Shown one piece after another: positions 47,701 through 62,700 of a stretch of DNA of 64,000 nucleotides. The stretch comes from Heterodontus francisci (Eukaryota): contig NC_090418.1 of the NCBI RefSeq assembly GCF_036365525.1, forward strand, positions 7,480,304 to 7,544,303, read 5' to 3'. The stretch's first letter is position 1, and each line of letters opens with the position of its first letter. The notes under the pieces were generated by a model. The model was not told the origin of the DNA. It saw only the letters and a program-made list of their open reading frames with translations, and ran no database searches. The translations under genes were made by a program, and so were the position numbers.

Positions 47701-50700
47701 AGTGTGTCAGTATTTACAGGGGAGTCACCGGGAGTGTGTCAGTATTTACAGGGGGGTCACCAGGAGTGTGTCAATATTTACAGGGGGGTCACCGGGAGTG
47801 TGTCAGTATTTACAGGGGGGTCCCAGGGAGTGTGTCAATATTTACAGGGACGTCACCGGGAGTGTGTCAATATTTACAGGGGGGTCACCGGGAGTGTGTC
47901 AGTATTTACAGGGGGGTCACCGGGAGTGTGTCAGTATTTACAGGGGGTCCCCGGGAGTGAGTCAGTATTTACAGGGGGGCCACTGGGAGTGTGTCAGTAT
48001 TCACAGGGGGGTGCCCGGGAGTGTGTCAATATTTACAGGGGGGTCACCGGGAGTGTGTCAATATTTACAGGGGGGAGCCCGGGAGTGTGTCAATATTTAC
48101 AGGGGGGTCACCGGGAGTGTGTCAATCTTTTCAGGGGAGTCACCGGGAGTGTGTCAATGTTTACAGGGGCGTCACAGGGAGTGTGTCAGTATTTACAGGG
48201 GGGTCACAGGGAGTGTGTCAGTATTTACAGGGGGGTCCCAGGGAGTGTGTCAATATTTACAGGGGGGGTCACCGGGAGTGTGTCAGTATTTACAGGGGGG
48301 TCCCCGGGAGTGTGTCAGTATTTACAGGGGGTCCCCGGGAGAGTGTCAGTATTTACAGGGGGGTCACCGGGAGTGTGTCAGTATTTACAGGGGGGTGCCC
48401 GGGAGTGTGTCAATATTTACAGGTGGGTGCCCGGGAGTCTGTCAATATTTACAGGGGGGTCACCGGGAGTGTGTCAATATTTACAGGGGGCTCACCGGGA
48501 GTGTATCAGTATTTACAGGGGGTCCCCGGGAGTGTGTCAGTATTTACAGGGGGGCCACCGAGAGTGTGTCAGTATTTACAGGGGGTCCCGGGGAGTGTGT
48601 CAGTATTTACAGTGGGTATTCGGGAGTGTGTCAGTATTTACACGGGGTCTCCGGGGAGTGTGTCAGTATCTACAGGGGCTCACCGGGAGTGTGTCAGTAT
48701 TTACAGGGTTGTCCCCATTGTGTGTCAGTATCTACAGGGGCTCACCGGGAGTGTGTCAATATTTACAGGGGGGTCACCGGGAGTGTGTCAGTATTTACAG
48801 GGGGGTCACCGGGAGTGTGTCAATATGTACAGGGGGGTCACTGGGAGTGTGTCAATATGTACAGGGGGGTCACCGGGAGTGTGTCAATATTTACAGGGGG
48901 GTCACCGGGAGTGCGTCAGTATTTACAGGGGGGTCACCGGCAATGTGTCAATATTTACAGGGGGGTCACCAGGAGTGTGTCAATATTTACAGGGGGGTCA
49001 CCGGGAGTGTGTCAGTATTTACAGGGGGGTCCCAGGGAGTGTGTCAATATTTACAGGGGGGGGTCATCGGGAGTGTGTCAATATTTACAGGGGGTCACCA
49101 GGAGTGTGTCAGTATTTACAGGGGGGTCACCGGGAGTGTGTCAATATTTACAGGGGGGACACCAGGAGTGTGTCAATATTTACAGGGGGGTCACCGGGAG
49201 TGTGTCAGTATTTAAAGGGGGGTCCCAGCGAGTGTGTCAAGACTTACAGGTGGGGTCACCGGGAGTGTGTCAGTATTTACAGGGGGGCCACCGGGAGTGT
49301 GTCAGTATTCAAAGGGGGTCCCCGGGAGTGTGTCAGTATTTACAGGGGGTCCCCGAGAGTGTGTCAGTATTTACAGGGGAGTCACCGGGAGTGTGTCAAT
49401 ATTTACAGGGGGGTCACCAGGAGTGTGTCAATATTTACAGGGGGGTCACCGGGAGTGTGTCAGTATTTACAGGGGGGCCCCAGGGAGTGTGTCAATATTT
49501 ACAGGGGCGTCACCGGGAGTGTGTAAATATTTACAGGGGGGTCACCGGGAGTGTGTCAGTATTTACAGGGGGGTCACCGGGAGTGTGTCAGTATTTACAG
49601 GGGGTCCCCGGGAGTGAGTCAGTATTTACAGGGGTCCACTGGGAGTGTGTCAGTATTTACAGGGGGGCCACCGGGAGTGTGTCAGTATTTACAGGGGGGT
49701 GCCCGGGAGTGTGTCAATATTTACAGGGGGGTCACCGGGAGTGTGTCAATATTTACAGGGGGGAGCCCGGGAGTGTGTCAATATTTACAGGGGGGCCACC
49801 GGGAGTGTGTCACTCTTTACAGGGGAGTCACCGGGAGTGTGTCAATGTTTACAGGGGCGTCACCAGGAGGGTGTCAATATTTACAGGGGGGTCACAGGGA
49901 GTGTGTCAGTATTTACAGGGGGGTCCCAGGGAGTGTGTCAATATTTACAGGGGGGGTCACCGGGAGTGTGTCAGTATTTACAGGGGGGTCCCCGGGAGTG
50001 TGTCAGTATTTACAGGGGGGTCCCCGGGAGTGTGTCAGTATTTACAGGGGGTCCCCGGGAGAGTGTCAGTATTTACAGGGGGGCCACCAGGAGTGTGTCA
50101 GTATTTACAGGGGGCCCACTGGGAGTGTGTCAGTATTTACAGGGGGGTGCCCGGGAGTGTGTCAATATTTACAGGGGGGTCACCGGAAGTGTGTCAATAT
50201 TTACAGGTGGGTGCCCGGGAGTCTGTCAATATTTACAGGGGGGTCACCGGGAGTGTGTCAATATTTACAGGGGGCTCACCGGGAGTGTATCAGTATTTAC
50301 AGGGGGTCCCCGGGAGTGTGTCAGTATTTACAGGGGGGCCACCGAGAGTGTGTCAGTATTTACAGGGGGATGCCCGATAGTGAGTCAGTATTTATACCGA
50401 CTCCCCGGGAGTCTGTCAGTATTTACAGGGGGTCACCGGGAGTGTCAGTATTTACAGGGGGGTGCCCGGGAGTGTGTCAGTATTTACAGGGGGGCCACCG
50501 GGAGTGTGTCAGTATTTACAGGGGGGTGCCCGGGAGTGTGTCAGTATTTACAGGGGGGTCACCGGGAGTGTGTCAATATTTACAGGGGGGTGCCCGGGAG
50601 TGTGTCAGTATTTACAGGGGGGTCACCTGGAGTGTGTCAGTATTTACAGGGGGGTCACCGGGAGTGTGTCAATATTTACAGGGGTGTCACCGGGAGTGTG

Positions 50701-53700
50701 TCAGTATTTGCAGGGGGATCACCGGGAGTGTGTCAGTATTTACAGGGGGGTCACCAAGAGTGTGTCAGTATTTACAGGGGGGGTCACCGGGAGTGTGTCA
50801 GTATTTACAGGGGGGGGTCACCGGGAGTGTGTCAATATTTACAGGGGGGTCACCGGGAGTGTGTCAATATTTACAGGGGGGTTCCCGGGAGTGTGTCAAT
50901 ATTTACAGGGGGGTCACCGGGAGTGTCAGTATTTACAGGGGGGTCCCCGGGAGAGTGTCAATATTTACAGGGGGTCACCGGGAGTGTCAGTATTTACAGG
51001 GGGGTCCCCGGGAGAGTGTCAATATTTACAGGGGGGGTCACCGGGACTGTGTCAATATTTACAGGGGGGTGCCCGGGAGTGTGTCAGTATTTATAGCGAC
51101 TCCCCGGGAGTCTATCAGTATTTACAGGGGGTCCCCGGGAGTGTGTCAATATTTACAGGGGGGTCACCGGGAGTGTCAGTATTTACAGGGGGGTCCCCGG
51201 GAGAGTGTCAATATTTACAGGGGGGTCATCGGGAGTGTGTCAATATTTACAGGGGGGTGCCCGGGAGTGTGTCAGTCTTTACAGGGGGGGTCACCAGGAA
51301 TGTGTCAGTATTTACATGGGGGTCACCGGGAGTGTCAGTATTTACAGGGTGTCCCCGGGAGTGTGTCAATATTTACAGGGGGGTCACCGGGAGTGTGTCA
51401 ATATTTACAGGGGGGTCCCCGGGAGTGTGTCAGTATTTACAGTGGGTCGTCGGGAGTTTGTCAGTATTTACAGGGGGTCTCCGGGGAGTGTGTCAGTATC
51501 TACAGTGGCTCACCGGGAGTGTGTCAGTATCTACAGGGGGTCCCCGGGAGTGTGTCGGTATTTACAGGGTTGTCCCTGGGATTGTGTCAGTATTTACAGG
51601 GGGTCCCGGGGAGTGTGTCAGTATTTACAGTGGGTCGTCGGGAGTGTGTCAGTATTTACAGGGGGTCCCCGGGGAGTGTGTCAATATTTACAGGAGGGAC
51701 ACCGGGAGTGTGTCAATATTTACAGGGGGTCCTGGGGAGTGTGTCACTATTTACAGGGGGTCCCCGGGAGTGTGTCAGTATTTACAGGGGGTCCCCGGGA
51801 GTGTGTCAGTATTTACAGTGGGTCGTCGGGAGTGTGTCAGTATTTACAGGGGGTCCCCGGGTAGTGTGTCAATATTTACAGGGGGGACACCGGGAGTGTG
51901 TCAATATTTACAGGGGGGGCACCGGGAGTGTGTCAAAATTTACAGGGGGGTCCCCGGGAGTGTGTCAATATTTATAGGGGGGTCCCGGGAGTGTGTCAAT
52001 ATTTACAGGGGGGTCACCGGGAGTGTGTCAACATTTACAGGGGGGTCACCGGGAGTGTGTCAGTATTTACAGGGGGTCCCCGGGAGTGTGTCAGTATTTA
52101 CAGTGGGTCGTCGGGAGTGTGTCAGTATTTACAGGGGGTCTGCGGGGAGTGTGTCATTATTTACAGGGGGTCCCCGGGATTGTGTCAGTATTTACAGTGG
52201 GTCGTCGGGAGTTTGTCAGTATTTACAGGGGGTCTCCGGGGAGTGTGTCAGTATCTACAGGGGCTCACCGGGAGTGTGTCAGTATTTACAGGGGGTCCCC
52301 GGGAGTGTGTCAGTATTCACAGGGTTGTCCCCATTGTGTGTCAGTATCTACAGGGGGTCCCCGGGAGTGTGTCGGTATTTACAGGGTTGTCCCTGGGATT
52401 GTGTCAGTATTTACAGGGGGTCCCGTGGAGTGTGTCAGTATTTACAGGGTTGTCCCTGAGAGTGTGTCAGTATTTACAGTGGGTCGTCGGGAGTGTATCA
52501 GTATTTACAGGGGATCCCCGGGAGTGTGTCAGTATTTACAGGGGGTCCCGGGGAGTGTGTCAGTATTTACAGGGTTGTCCCTGGGATTGTGTTAGTATTT
52601 ACAGGGGGTCCTCGGGAGTGTCAGTATTTGCAGGGGAACCCCGGGAGTGTGTCGGTATTTACAGGGGGTCCCTGGGAGTGTGTCAGTATTTACAGGGGGT
52701 CCCCGGGAGTGTGTCAGTATTTACAGTGGGTATTCGGGAGTGTGTCAGTATTTACACGGGGTCTCCGGGGAGTGTGTCAGTATCTACAGGGGCTCACCGG
52801 GAGTGTGTCAGTATTTACAGGGTTGTCCCCATTGTGTGTCAGTATCTACAGGGGCTCACCGGCAGTATGTCAGTATTTACTGGGGGTCCTTGGGAATGTG
52901 TCAGAATTTACAGGCTGGTCCCCGGGAGTCTGTCAGTATCTACAGGGGGTCCTCAGGAGTGTGTCGGTATTTACAGGGTTGTCCCTGGGATTGTGTCAGT
53001 ATTTACAGTGGGTCTTCGGGAGTGTGTCAGTATTTACAGGGTTGGCCCTGGGAATGTGTCAGTATTTACAGGGTTGGCCCTGGGAATGTGTCAGTATTTA
53101 CAGGGGGTCCCGGGGAGTGTGTCAGTATTTACAGGGGGTCCTCGGGAGTGTGTCAGTATTTACAGGGTTGTCCCTGGGATTGTGTCAGTATTTACAGGGG
53201 GTCCCGGGGAATGTGTCAGTATTTACAGGGGATCCCCGGGAGTGTGTCAGTATTTACAGGGGGTCCTCGGGAGTGTGTCAGTATTTGCAGGGGAACCCCA
53301 GGAGTGTGTCAGTATTTGCAGGGGATCCCCGGGAGTGTGTCAGTATTTACAGTGGGTCGTCGGGAGTGTGTCAGTATTTACAGGGGGTCCCCGGGAGTTT
53401 GTCAGTATTTACAGGGGGTCCCCGGGGAGTGTGTCAGTATTTACAGGGGGTCCTCGGGGATGTGTCAGTATTTACAGGGGGGTCACCGGGAGTGTGTCAG
53501 TATTCAAAGGGGGTCCCCGGGAGTGTGTCAGTACTTACAGGGGGTCCCCGAGAGTGTGTCAGTATTTACAGGGGAGTCACCGGGAGTGTGTCAATATTTA
53601 CAGGGGGGTCACCAGGAGTGTGTCAATATTTACAGGGGGGTCACCGGGAGTGTGTCAGTATTTACAGGGGGGTCCCAGGGAGTGTGTCAATATTTACAGG

Positions 53701-56700
53701 GGCGTCACCGGGAGTGTGTAAATATTTACAGGGGGGTCACCAGGAGTGTGTCAGTATTTACAGGGGGGTCACCGGGAGTGTGTCAGTATTTACAGGGGGT
53801 CCCCGGGAGTGAGTCAGTATTTACAGAGGGGCCACCGGGAGTGTGTCAGTATTTACAGGGGGGTGCCCGGGAGTGTGTCAATATTTACAGGGGGGTCACC
53901 GGGAATGTGTCAGTATTTACAGGGGGTCCCCGGGAGTGTGTCAGTATTTACAGGGGGGCCACTGGGAGTGTGTCAATCTTTACAGGGGAGTCACCGGGAG
54001 TGTGTCAGTATTTACAGGGGGGTGCCCGGGAGTGTGTCAATATTTACAGGGGGGTCACCGGGAGTGTGTCAGTATTTACAGGGGGGCCACTGGGAGTGTG
54101 TCAGTATTTACAGAGGGGCCACCGGGAGTGTGTCAGTATTTACAGGGGGGTGCCCGGGAGTGTGTCAATATTTACAGGGGGGTCACCGGGAGTGTGTCAA
54201 TATTTACAGGGGGGAGCCCGGGAGTGTGTCAATATTTACAGGGGGGTCACCGGGAGTGTGTCAATCTTTACAGGGGAGTCACCGGGAGTGTGTCAATGTT
54301 TACAGGGGCGTCACCAGGAGTGTGTCAATATTTACAGGGGGGTCACAGGGAGTGTGTCAGTATTTACAGAGTGGTCCCAGGGAGTGTGTCAATATTTACA
54401 GGTGGGGTCACCGGGAGTGTGTCAGTATTTACAGGGGGGTCCCCGGGAGTGTGTCAGTATTTACAGGGGGTCCCCGGGAGTGTGTCAGTATTCACAGGGT
54501 TGTCCCCATTGTGTGTCAGTATCTACAGGGGGTCCCCGGGAGTGTGTCAGTATTTACAGTGGGTCGTCGGGAGTGTATCAGTACTTACAGGGGATCCCGG
54601 GGAGTGTGTCAGTATTTACAGGGTTGTCCCTGGGATTGTGTCAGTATTTACAGGGGGTCCTCGGGAGTGTCAGTATTTGCAGGGGAACCCCGGGAGTGTG
54701 TCGGTATTTACAGGGGGTCCCCGGGAGTGTGTCAGTATTTACAGTGGGTAGTCGGGAGTGTGTCAGTATTTACACGGGGTCTCCGGGGAGTGTGTCAGTA
54801 TCTACAGGGGCTCACCGGGAGTGTGTCAGTATTTACAGGGTTGTCCCCATTGTGTGTCAGTATCTACAGGGGCTCACCGGCAGTATGTCAGTATTTACTG
54901 AGGGTCCTTGGGAATGTGTCAGAATTTACAGGCTGGTCCCCGGGAGTCTGTCAGTATCTACAGGGGGTCCTCAGGAGTGTGTCGGTATTTACAGGGTTGT
55001 CCCTGGGATTGTGTCAGTATTTACAGGGGGTCTTCGGGATTGTGTCAGTATTTACAGGGTTGGCCCTGGGAATGTGTCAGTATTTACAGGGTTGGCCCTG
55101 GGATTGTGTCAGTATTTACAGGGAGTCCCGGGGAGTGTGTCAGTATCTACAGGGGATCCTCGGGAGTGTGTCATTATTTACAGGGTTGGCCCTGGGAATG
55201 TGTCAGTATTTACAGGGGGTCCCGGGGAGTGTGTCAGTATTTACAGGGGGTCCTCGGGAGTGTGTCAGTATTTACAGGGTTGTCCCTGGGATTGTGTCAG
55301 TATTTACAGGGGGTCCCGGGGAGTGTGTCAGTATTTACAGGGGGTCCTCGGGAGTGTGTCAGTATTTACAGGGTTGTCCCTGGGATTGTGTCAGTATTTA
55401 CAGGGCGTCCCGGGGAGTGTGTCAGTATTTACAGGGGATCCCCGGGAGTGTGTCAGTATTTACAGGGGGTCCCCGGGAGTGTGTCAGTATTTACAGGGGG
55501 TCCCCGGGGAGTGTGTCAGTATTTACAGGGGGTCCCCGGGGAGTGTGTCAGTATTTACAGGGGGTCCCCGGGGAGTGTGTCAGTATTTACAGGGGATCCC
55601 CGGGAGTGTGTCAGTATTTACAGGGGGTCCCCGGGGAGTGTGTCAGTATTTACAGGGGGTCCCCAGGAGTGTGTCAGTATTTACAGGGGGTCCCCGGGGA
55701 GTGTGTCAGTATTTACAGGGGGTCCCCGGGGAGTGTGTCAGTATTTACAGGGGATCCCCGGGAGTGTGTCAGTATTTACAGGGGGTCCCCAGGAGTGTGT
55801 CAGTATTTACAGGGGGTCCCCAGGAGTGTGTCAGTATTTACAGGGGGTCCCCAGGAGTGTGTCAGTATTTACAGGGGGTCCCCGGGGAGTGTGTCAGTAT
55901 TTACAGGGGGTCCCCAGGAGTGTGTCAGTATTTACAGGGGGTCCCCGGGGAGTGTGTCAGTATTTACAGGGGATCCCCGGGAGTGTGTCAGTATTTACAG
56001 GGGGTCCCCAGGAGTGTGTCAGTATTTACAGGGGGTCCCCGGGGAGTGTGTCAGTATTTACAGGGGGTCCTCGGGGATGTGTCAGTATTTACAGGGGGGT
56101 CACCGGGAGTGTGTCAGTATTCAAAGGGGGTCCCCGGGAGTGTGTCAGTATTTACAGGGGGTCCCCGAGAGTGTGTCAGTATTTACAGGGGAGTCACCGG
56201 GAGTGTGTCAATATTTACAGGGGGGTCACCAGGAGTGTGTCAATATTTACAGGGGGGTCACCAGGAGTGTGTCAGTATTTACAGGGGGGTCACCGGGAGT
56301 GTGTCAGTATTTACAGGGGGGTCACTGGGAGTGTGTCAATATTTACAGGGGGGTCACCAGGAGTGTGTCAATATTTACAGGGGGGTCACCGGGAGTGTGT
56401 CAATATTTACAGGGGGGTCACCGGGAGTGTGTCAATATTTACAGGGGGGGTCACCGGGAGTGAGTCAATATTTACAGGGGGGTCCCAGGGAGTGTGTCAG
56501 TATTTACAGGGGGTCCCCGGGAGTGTGTCAGTATTTACAGGGGGGGTCACCGGGAGTGTGTCAGTATTTACAGGGGGGTGCCCGGGAGTGTGTCAGTATT
56601 TACAGGGGGGTGCCCGGGAGTGTGTCAATATTTACAGGGGAGTCACCGGGAGTGTGTCAATATGTACAGGGGGGTCACCGGGAGTGTGTCAATATTTACA

Positions 56701-59700
56701 GGGGGGTGCCCGGGAATGTGTCAGTATTTACAGGGGGGTGCCCGGGAGTGTGTCAGTATTTACAGGGGGGTCACCGGGAGTGTGTCAATATTTACAGGGG
56801 GGTTCCCGGGAGTGTGTCAATATTTACAGGGGGGTCACCGGGAGTGTGTCAGTATTTACAAGGTGTCCCCGGGAGTGTGTCAGTATTTACAGGGGGGCCA
56901 CTAGGAGTGTGCCAGTATTTACAGGGGGGCCACCGGGAGTGTGTCAGTATTTACAGGGGGGTGCCCGGGAGTGTGTCAGTATTTACAGGGGGGTGCCCGG
57001 GAGTGTGTCAGTATTTACAGGGGGGTCACCGGGAGTGTGTCAATATTTACAGGGGGGTCACCGGGAGTGTGTCAGTATTTACAGGGGGGTCACCGGGAGT
57101 TTGTCAATATGTACAGGGGGGTTACTGGGAGTGTGTCAATATGTACAGGGGGGTCACCGGGAGTGTGTCAATATTTACAGGGGGGTCACCGGGAGTGCGT
57201 CAGTATTTACAGGGGGGTCACCGGCAATGTGTCAATATTTACAGGGGGGTCACCAGGAGTGTGTCAATATTTACAGGGGGGTCACCGGGAGTGTGTCAGT
57301 ATTTACAGGGGGGTCCCAGGGAGTGTGTCAATATTTACAGGGGGGGTCATCGGGAGTGTGTCAATATTTACAGGGGGTCACCAGGAGTGTGTCAGTATTT
57401 ACAAGGGGGTCACCGGGAGTGTGTCAATATTTACAGGGGGGACACCAGGAGTGTGTCAATATTTACAGGGGGGTCACCGGGTGTGTGTCAGTATTTAAAG
57501 GGGGGTCCCAGCGAGTGTGTCAATACTTACAGGGGGGGTCACCAGGAGTGTGTCAGTATTTACAGGGGGGCCACCGGGAGTATGTCAGTATTTACAGGGG
57601 GGTCACCGGGAGTGTGTCAGTATTCAAACGGGGTCCCCGGGAGTGTGTCAGTATTTACAGGGGGTCCCCGAGAGTGTGTCAGTATTTACAGGGGAGTCAC
57701 CGGGAGTGTGTCAGTATTTACAGGGGTGTCACCAGGAGTGTGTCAATATTTACAGGGGGGTCACCGGGAGTGTGTCAGTATTTACAGGGGGGTCCCAGGG
57801 AGTGTGTCAATATTTACAGGGGCGTCACCGGGAGTGTGTAAATATTTACAGGGGGGTCACCGGGAGTGTGTCAGTATTTACAGGGGGGTCACCGGGAGTG
57901 TGTCAATATTTACAGGGGGGCGTCACCGGGAGTGTGTAAATATTTACAGGGGGGTCACCGGGAGTGTGTCAGTATTTACAGGGGGGCCACCGGGAGTGTG
58001 TCAGTATTTACAGGGGGGTGCCCGGGAGTGTGTCAATATTTACAGGGGGGTCACCGGGAGTGTGTCAATATTTACAGGGGGGAGCCCGGGAGTGTGTCAA
58101 TATTTACAGGGGGGTCATCGGGAGTGTGTCAATCTTTTCAGGGGAGTCACCGGGAGTGTGTCAATGTTTACAGGGGCGTCACCAGGAGTGTGTCAATATT
58201 TACAGGGGGGTCACAGGGAGTGTGTCAGTATTTACAGGGGGGTCCCAGGGAGTGTGTCAATATTTACAGGGGGGGTCACCGGGAGTGTGTCAGTATTTAC
58301 AGGGGGGTCCCCGGGAGTGTGTCAGTATTTACAGGGGGTCCCCGGGAGAGTGTCAGTATTTACAGGGGGGCCACCAGGAGTGTGTCAGTATTTACAGGGG
58401 GCCCACTGGGAGTGTGTCAGTATTTACAGGGGGGTGCCCGGGAGTGTGTCAATATTTACAGGGGGGTCACCGGAAGTGTGTCAATATTTACAGGTGGGTG
58501 CCCGGGAGTCTGTCAATATTTACAGGGGGGTCACCGGGAGTGTGTCAATATTTACAGGGGGTCCCCGGGAGTGTATCAGTATTTACAGGGGGGCCACCGA
58601 GAGTGTGTCAGTATTTACAGGGGGATGCCCGATAGTGTGTCAGTATTTATACCGACTCCCCGGGAGTCTGTCAGTATTTACAGGGGGTCACCGGGAGTGT
58701 CAGTATTTACAGGGGGGTGCCCGGGAGTGTGTCAGTATTTACAGGGGGGCCACCGGGAGTGTGTCAGTATTTACAGGGGGGTGCCCGGGAGTGTGTCAGT
58801 ATTTACAGGGGTGTCACCGGGAGTGTGTCAATATTTACAGGGGGGTGCCCGGGAGTGTGTCAGTATTTACAGGGGGGTCACCTGGAGTGTGTCAGTATTT
58901 ACAGGGGAGTCACCGGGAGTGTGTCAATATTTACAGGGGTGTCACCGGGAGTGTGTCAGTATTTGCAGGGGGATCACCGGGAGTGTGTCAGTATTTACAG
59001 GGGGGTCACCAAGAGTGTGTCAGTATTTACAGGGGGGGTCACCGGGAGTGTGTCAGTATTTACAGGGGGGGTCACCGGGAGTGTGTCAATATTTACAGGG
59101 GGGTCACCGGGAGTGTGTCAATATTTACAGGGGGGTTCCCGGGAGTGTGTCAATATTTACAGGGGGGTTCCCGGGAGTGTGTCAATATTTACAGGGGGGT
59201 CACCGGGAGTGTCAGTATTTACAGGGGGGTCCCCGGGAGAGTGTCAATATTTACAGGGGGTCACCGGGAGTGTCAGTATTTACAGGGGAGTCCCCGGGAG
59301 AGTGTCAATATTTACAGGGGGGCCACTGGGAGTGTGTCAGTATTTACAGGGGGGCTCACCGGGAGTGTGTCAGTATTTACAGGGTTGTCCCCATTGTGTG
59401 TCAGTATCTACAGGGGCTCACCGGCAGTATGTCAGTATTTACTGGGGGTCCTTGGGAATGTGTCAGAATTTACAGGCTGGTCCCCGGGAGTCTGTCAGTA
59501 TCTACAGGGGGTCCTCAGGAGTGTGTCGGTATTTACAGGGTTGTCCCTGGGATTGTGTCAGTATTTACAGTGGGTCTTCGGGAGTGTGTCAGTATTTACA
59601 GGGTTGGCCCTGGGAATGTGTCAGTATTTACAGGGTTGGCCCTGGGAATGTGTCAGTATTTACAGGGGGTCCCGGGGAGTGTGTCAGTATTTACAGGGGG

Positions 59701-62700
59701 TCCTCGGGAGTGTGTCAGTATTTACAGGGTTGTCCCTGGGATTGTGTCAGTATTTACAGGGGGTCCCGGGGAATGTGTCAGTATTTACAGGGGATCCCCG
59801 GGAGTGTGTCAGTATTTACAGGGGGTCCTCGGGAGTGTGTCAGTATTTGCAGGGGAACCCCAGGAGTGTGTCAGTATTTGCAGGGGATCCCCGTGAGTGT
59901 GTCGGTATTTACAGTGGGTCGTCGGGAGTGTGTCAGTATTTACAGTGGGTATTCGGGAGTGTGTCAGTATTTACACGGGGTCTCCGGGGAGTGTGTCAGT
60001 ATCTACAGGGGCTCACCGGGAGTGTGTCAGTATTTACAGGGTTGTCCCCATTGTGTGTCAGTATCTACAGGGGCTCACCGGGAGTCTGTCAGTATCTACA
60101 GGGGGTCCTCAGGAGTGTGTCGGTATTTACAGGGTTGTCCCTGGGATTGTGTCAGTATTTACAGTGGGTCTTCGGGAGTGTGTCAGTATTTACAGGGTTG
60201 GCTCTGGGAATGTGTCAGTATTTACAGGGTTGGCCCTGGGAATGTGTCAGTATTTACAGGGGGTCCCGGGGAGTGTGTCAGTATTTACAGGGGGTCCTCG
60301 GGAGTGTGTCAGTATTTACAGGCTTGTCCCTGGGATTGTGTCAGTATTTACAGGGGGTCCCGGGGAATGTGTCAGTATTTACAGGGGATCCACGGGAGTG
60401 TGTCAGTATTTACAGGGGGTCCTCGGGAGTGTGTCAGTATTTGCAGGGGAACCCCAGGAGTGTGTCAGTATTTGCAGGGGATCCCCGGGAGTTTGTCAGT
60501 ATTTACAGGGGGTCCCCGGGGAGTGTGTCAGTATTTACAGGGGGTCCCCGGGGAGTGTGTCAGTATTTACAGGGGGTCCTCGGGGATGTGTCAGTATTTA
60601 CAGGGGGGTCACCGGGAGTGTGTCAGTATTTACAGGGGGTCCCCGGGAGTTTGTCAGTATTTACAGGGGGTCCCCGGGGAGTGTGTCAGTATTTACAGGG
60701 GGTCCCCGGGGAGTGTGTCAGTATTTACAGGGGGTCCCCGGGGAGTGTGTCAGTATTTACAGTGGGTCGTCGGGAGTGTGTCAGTATTTACAGGGGGTCC
60801 CCGGGAGTGTGTCAGTATTTACAGGGTTGGCCCTGGGAATGTGTCAGTATTTACAGGGTTGGCCCTGGGAATGTGTCAGTATTTACAGGGGGTCCCGGGG
60901 AGTGTGTCAGTATTTACAGGGGGTCCTCGGGAGTGTGTCAGTATTTACAGGCTTGTCCCTGGGATTGTGTCAGTATTTACAGGGGGTCCCGGGGAATGTG
61001 TCAGTATTTACAGGGGATCCCCGGGAGTGTGTCAGTATTTACAGGGGGTCCTCGGGAGTGTGTCAGTATTTGCAGGGGAACCCCAGGAGTGTGTCAGTAT
61101 TTGCAGGGGATCCCCGGGAGTTTGTCAGTATTTACAGGGGGTCCCCGGGGAGTGTGTCAGTATTTACAGGGGGTCCCCGGGGAGTGTGTCAGTATTTACA
61201 GGGGGTCCTCGGGGATGTGTCAGTATTTACAGGGGGGTCACCGGGAGTGTGTCAGTATTTACAGGGGGTCCCCGGGAGTTTGTCAGTATTTACAGGGGGT
61301 CCCCGGGGAGTGTGTCAGTATTTACAGGGGGTCCCCGGGGAGTGTGTCAGTATTTACAGGGGGTCCCCGGGGAGTGTGTCAGTATTTACAGTGGGTCGTC
61401 GGGAGTGTGTCAGTATTTACAGGGGGTCCCCGGGAGTTTGTCAGTATTTACAGGGGGTCCCCGGGGAGTGTGTCAGTATTTACAGGGGGTCCTCGGGGAT
61501 GTGTCAGTATTTACAGGGGGGTCACCGGGAGTGTGTCAGTATTCAAAGGGGGTCCCCGGGAGTGTGTCAGTACTTACAGGGGGTCCCCGAGAGTGTGTCA
61601 GTATTTACAGGGGAGTCACCGGGAGTGTGTCAATATTTACAGGGGGGTCACCAGGAGTGTGTCAATATTTACAGGGGGGTCACCGGGAGTGTGTCAGTAT
61701 TTACAGGGGGGTCCCAGGGAGTGTGTCAATATTTACAGGGGCGTCACCGGGAGTGTGTCAGTACTTACAGGGGGTCCCCGAGAGTGTGTCAGTATTTACA
61801 GGGGAGTCACCGGGAGTGTGTCAATATTTACAGGGGGGTCACCAGGAGTGTGTCAATATTTACAGGGGGGTCACCGGGAGTGTGTCAGTATTTACAGGGG
61901 GGTCCCAGGGAGTGTGTCAATATTTACAGGGGCGTCACCGGGAGTGTGTAAATATTTACAGGGGGGTCACCAGGAGTGTGTCAGTATTTACAGGGGGGTC
62001 ACCGGGAGTGTGTCAGTATTTACAGGGGGTCCCCGGGAGTGAGTCAGTATTTACAGAGGGGCCACCGGGAGTGTGTCAGTATTTACAGGGGGGTGCCCGG
62101 GAGTGTGTCAATATTTACAGGGGGGTCACCGGGAGTGTGTCAATATTTACAGGGGGGAGCCCGGGAGTGTGTCAATATTTACAGGGGGGTCACCGGGAGT
62201 GTGTCAATCTTTACAGGGGAGTCACCGGGAGTGTGTCAATGTTTACAGGGGCGTCACCAGGAGTGTGTCAATATTTACAGGGGGGTCACAGGGAGTGTGT
62301 CAGTATTTACAGAGTGGTCCCAGGGAGTGTGTCAATATTTACAGGTGGGGTCACCGGGAGTGTGTCAGTATTTACAGGGGGGTCCCCGGGAGTGTGTCAG
62401 TATTTACAGGGGGTCCCCGGGAGTGTGTCAGTATTCACAGGGTTGTCCCCATTGTGTGTCAGTATCTACAGGGGGTCCCCGGGAGTGTGTCGGTATTTAC
62501 AGGGTTGTCCCTGGGATTGTGTCAGTATTTACAGGGGGTCCCGTGGGGTGTGTCAGTATTTACAGGGTTGTCCCTGAGATTGTGTCAGTATTTGCAGGGG
62601 AACCCCGGGAGTGTGTCGGTATTTACAGGGGGTCCCCGGGAGTGTGTCAGTATTTACAGGGGGTCCCGGGGAGTGTGTCAGTATTTACAGGGTTGTCCCT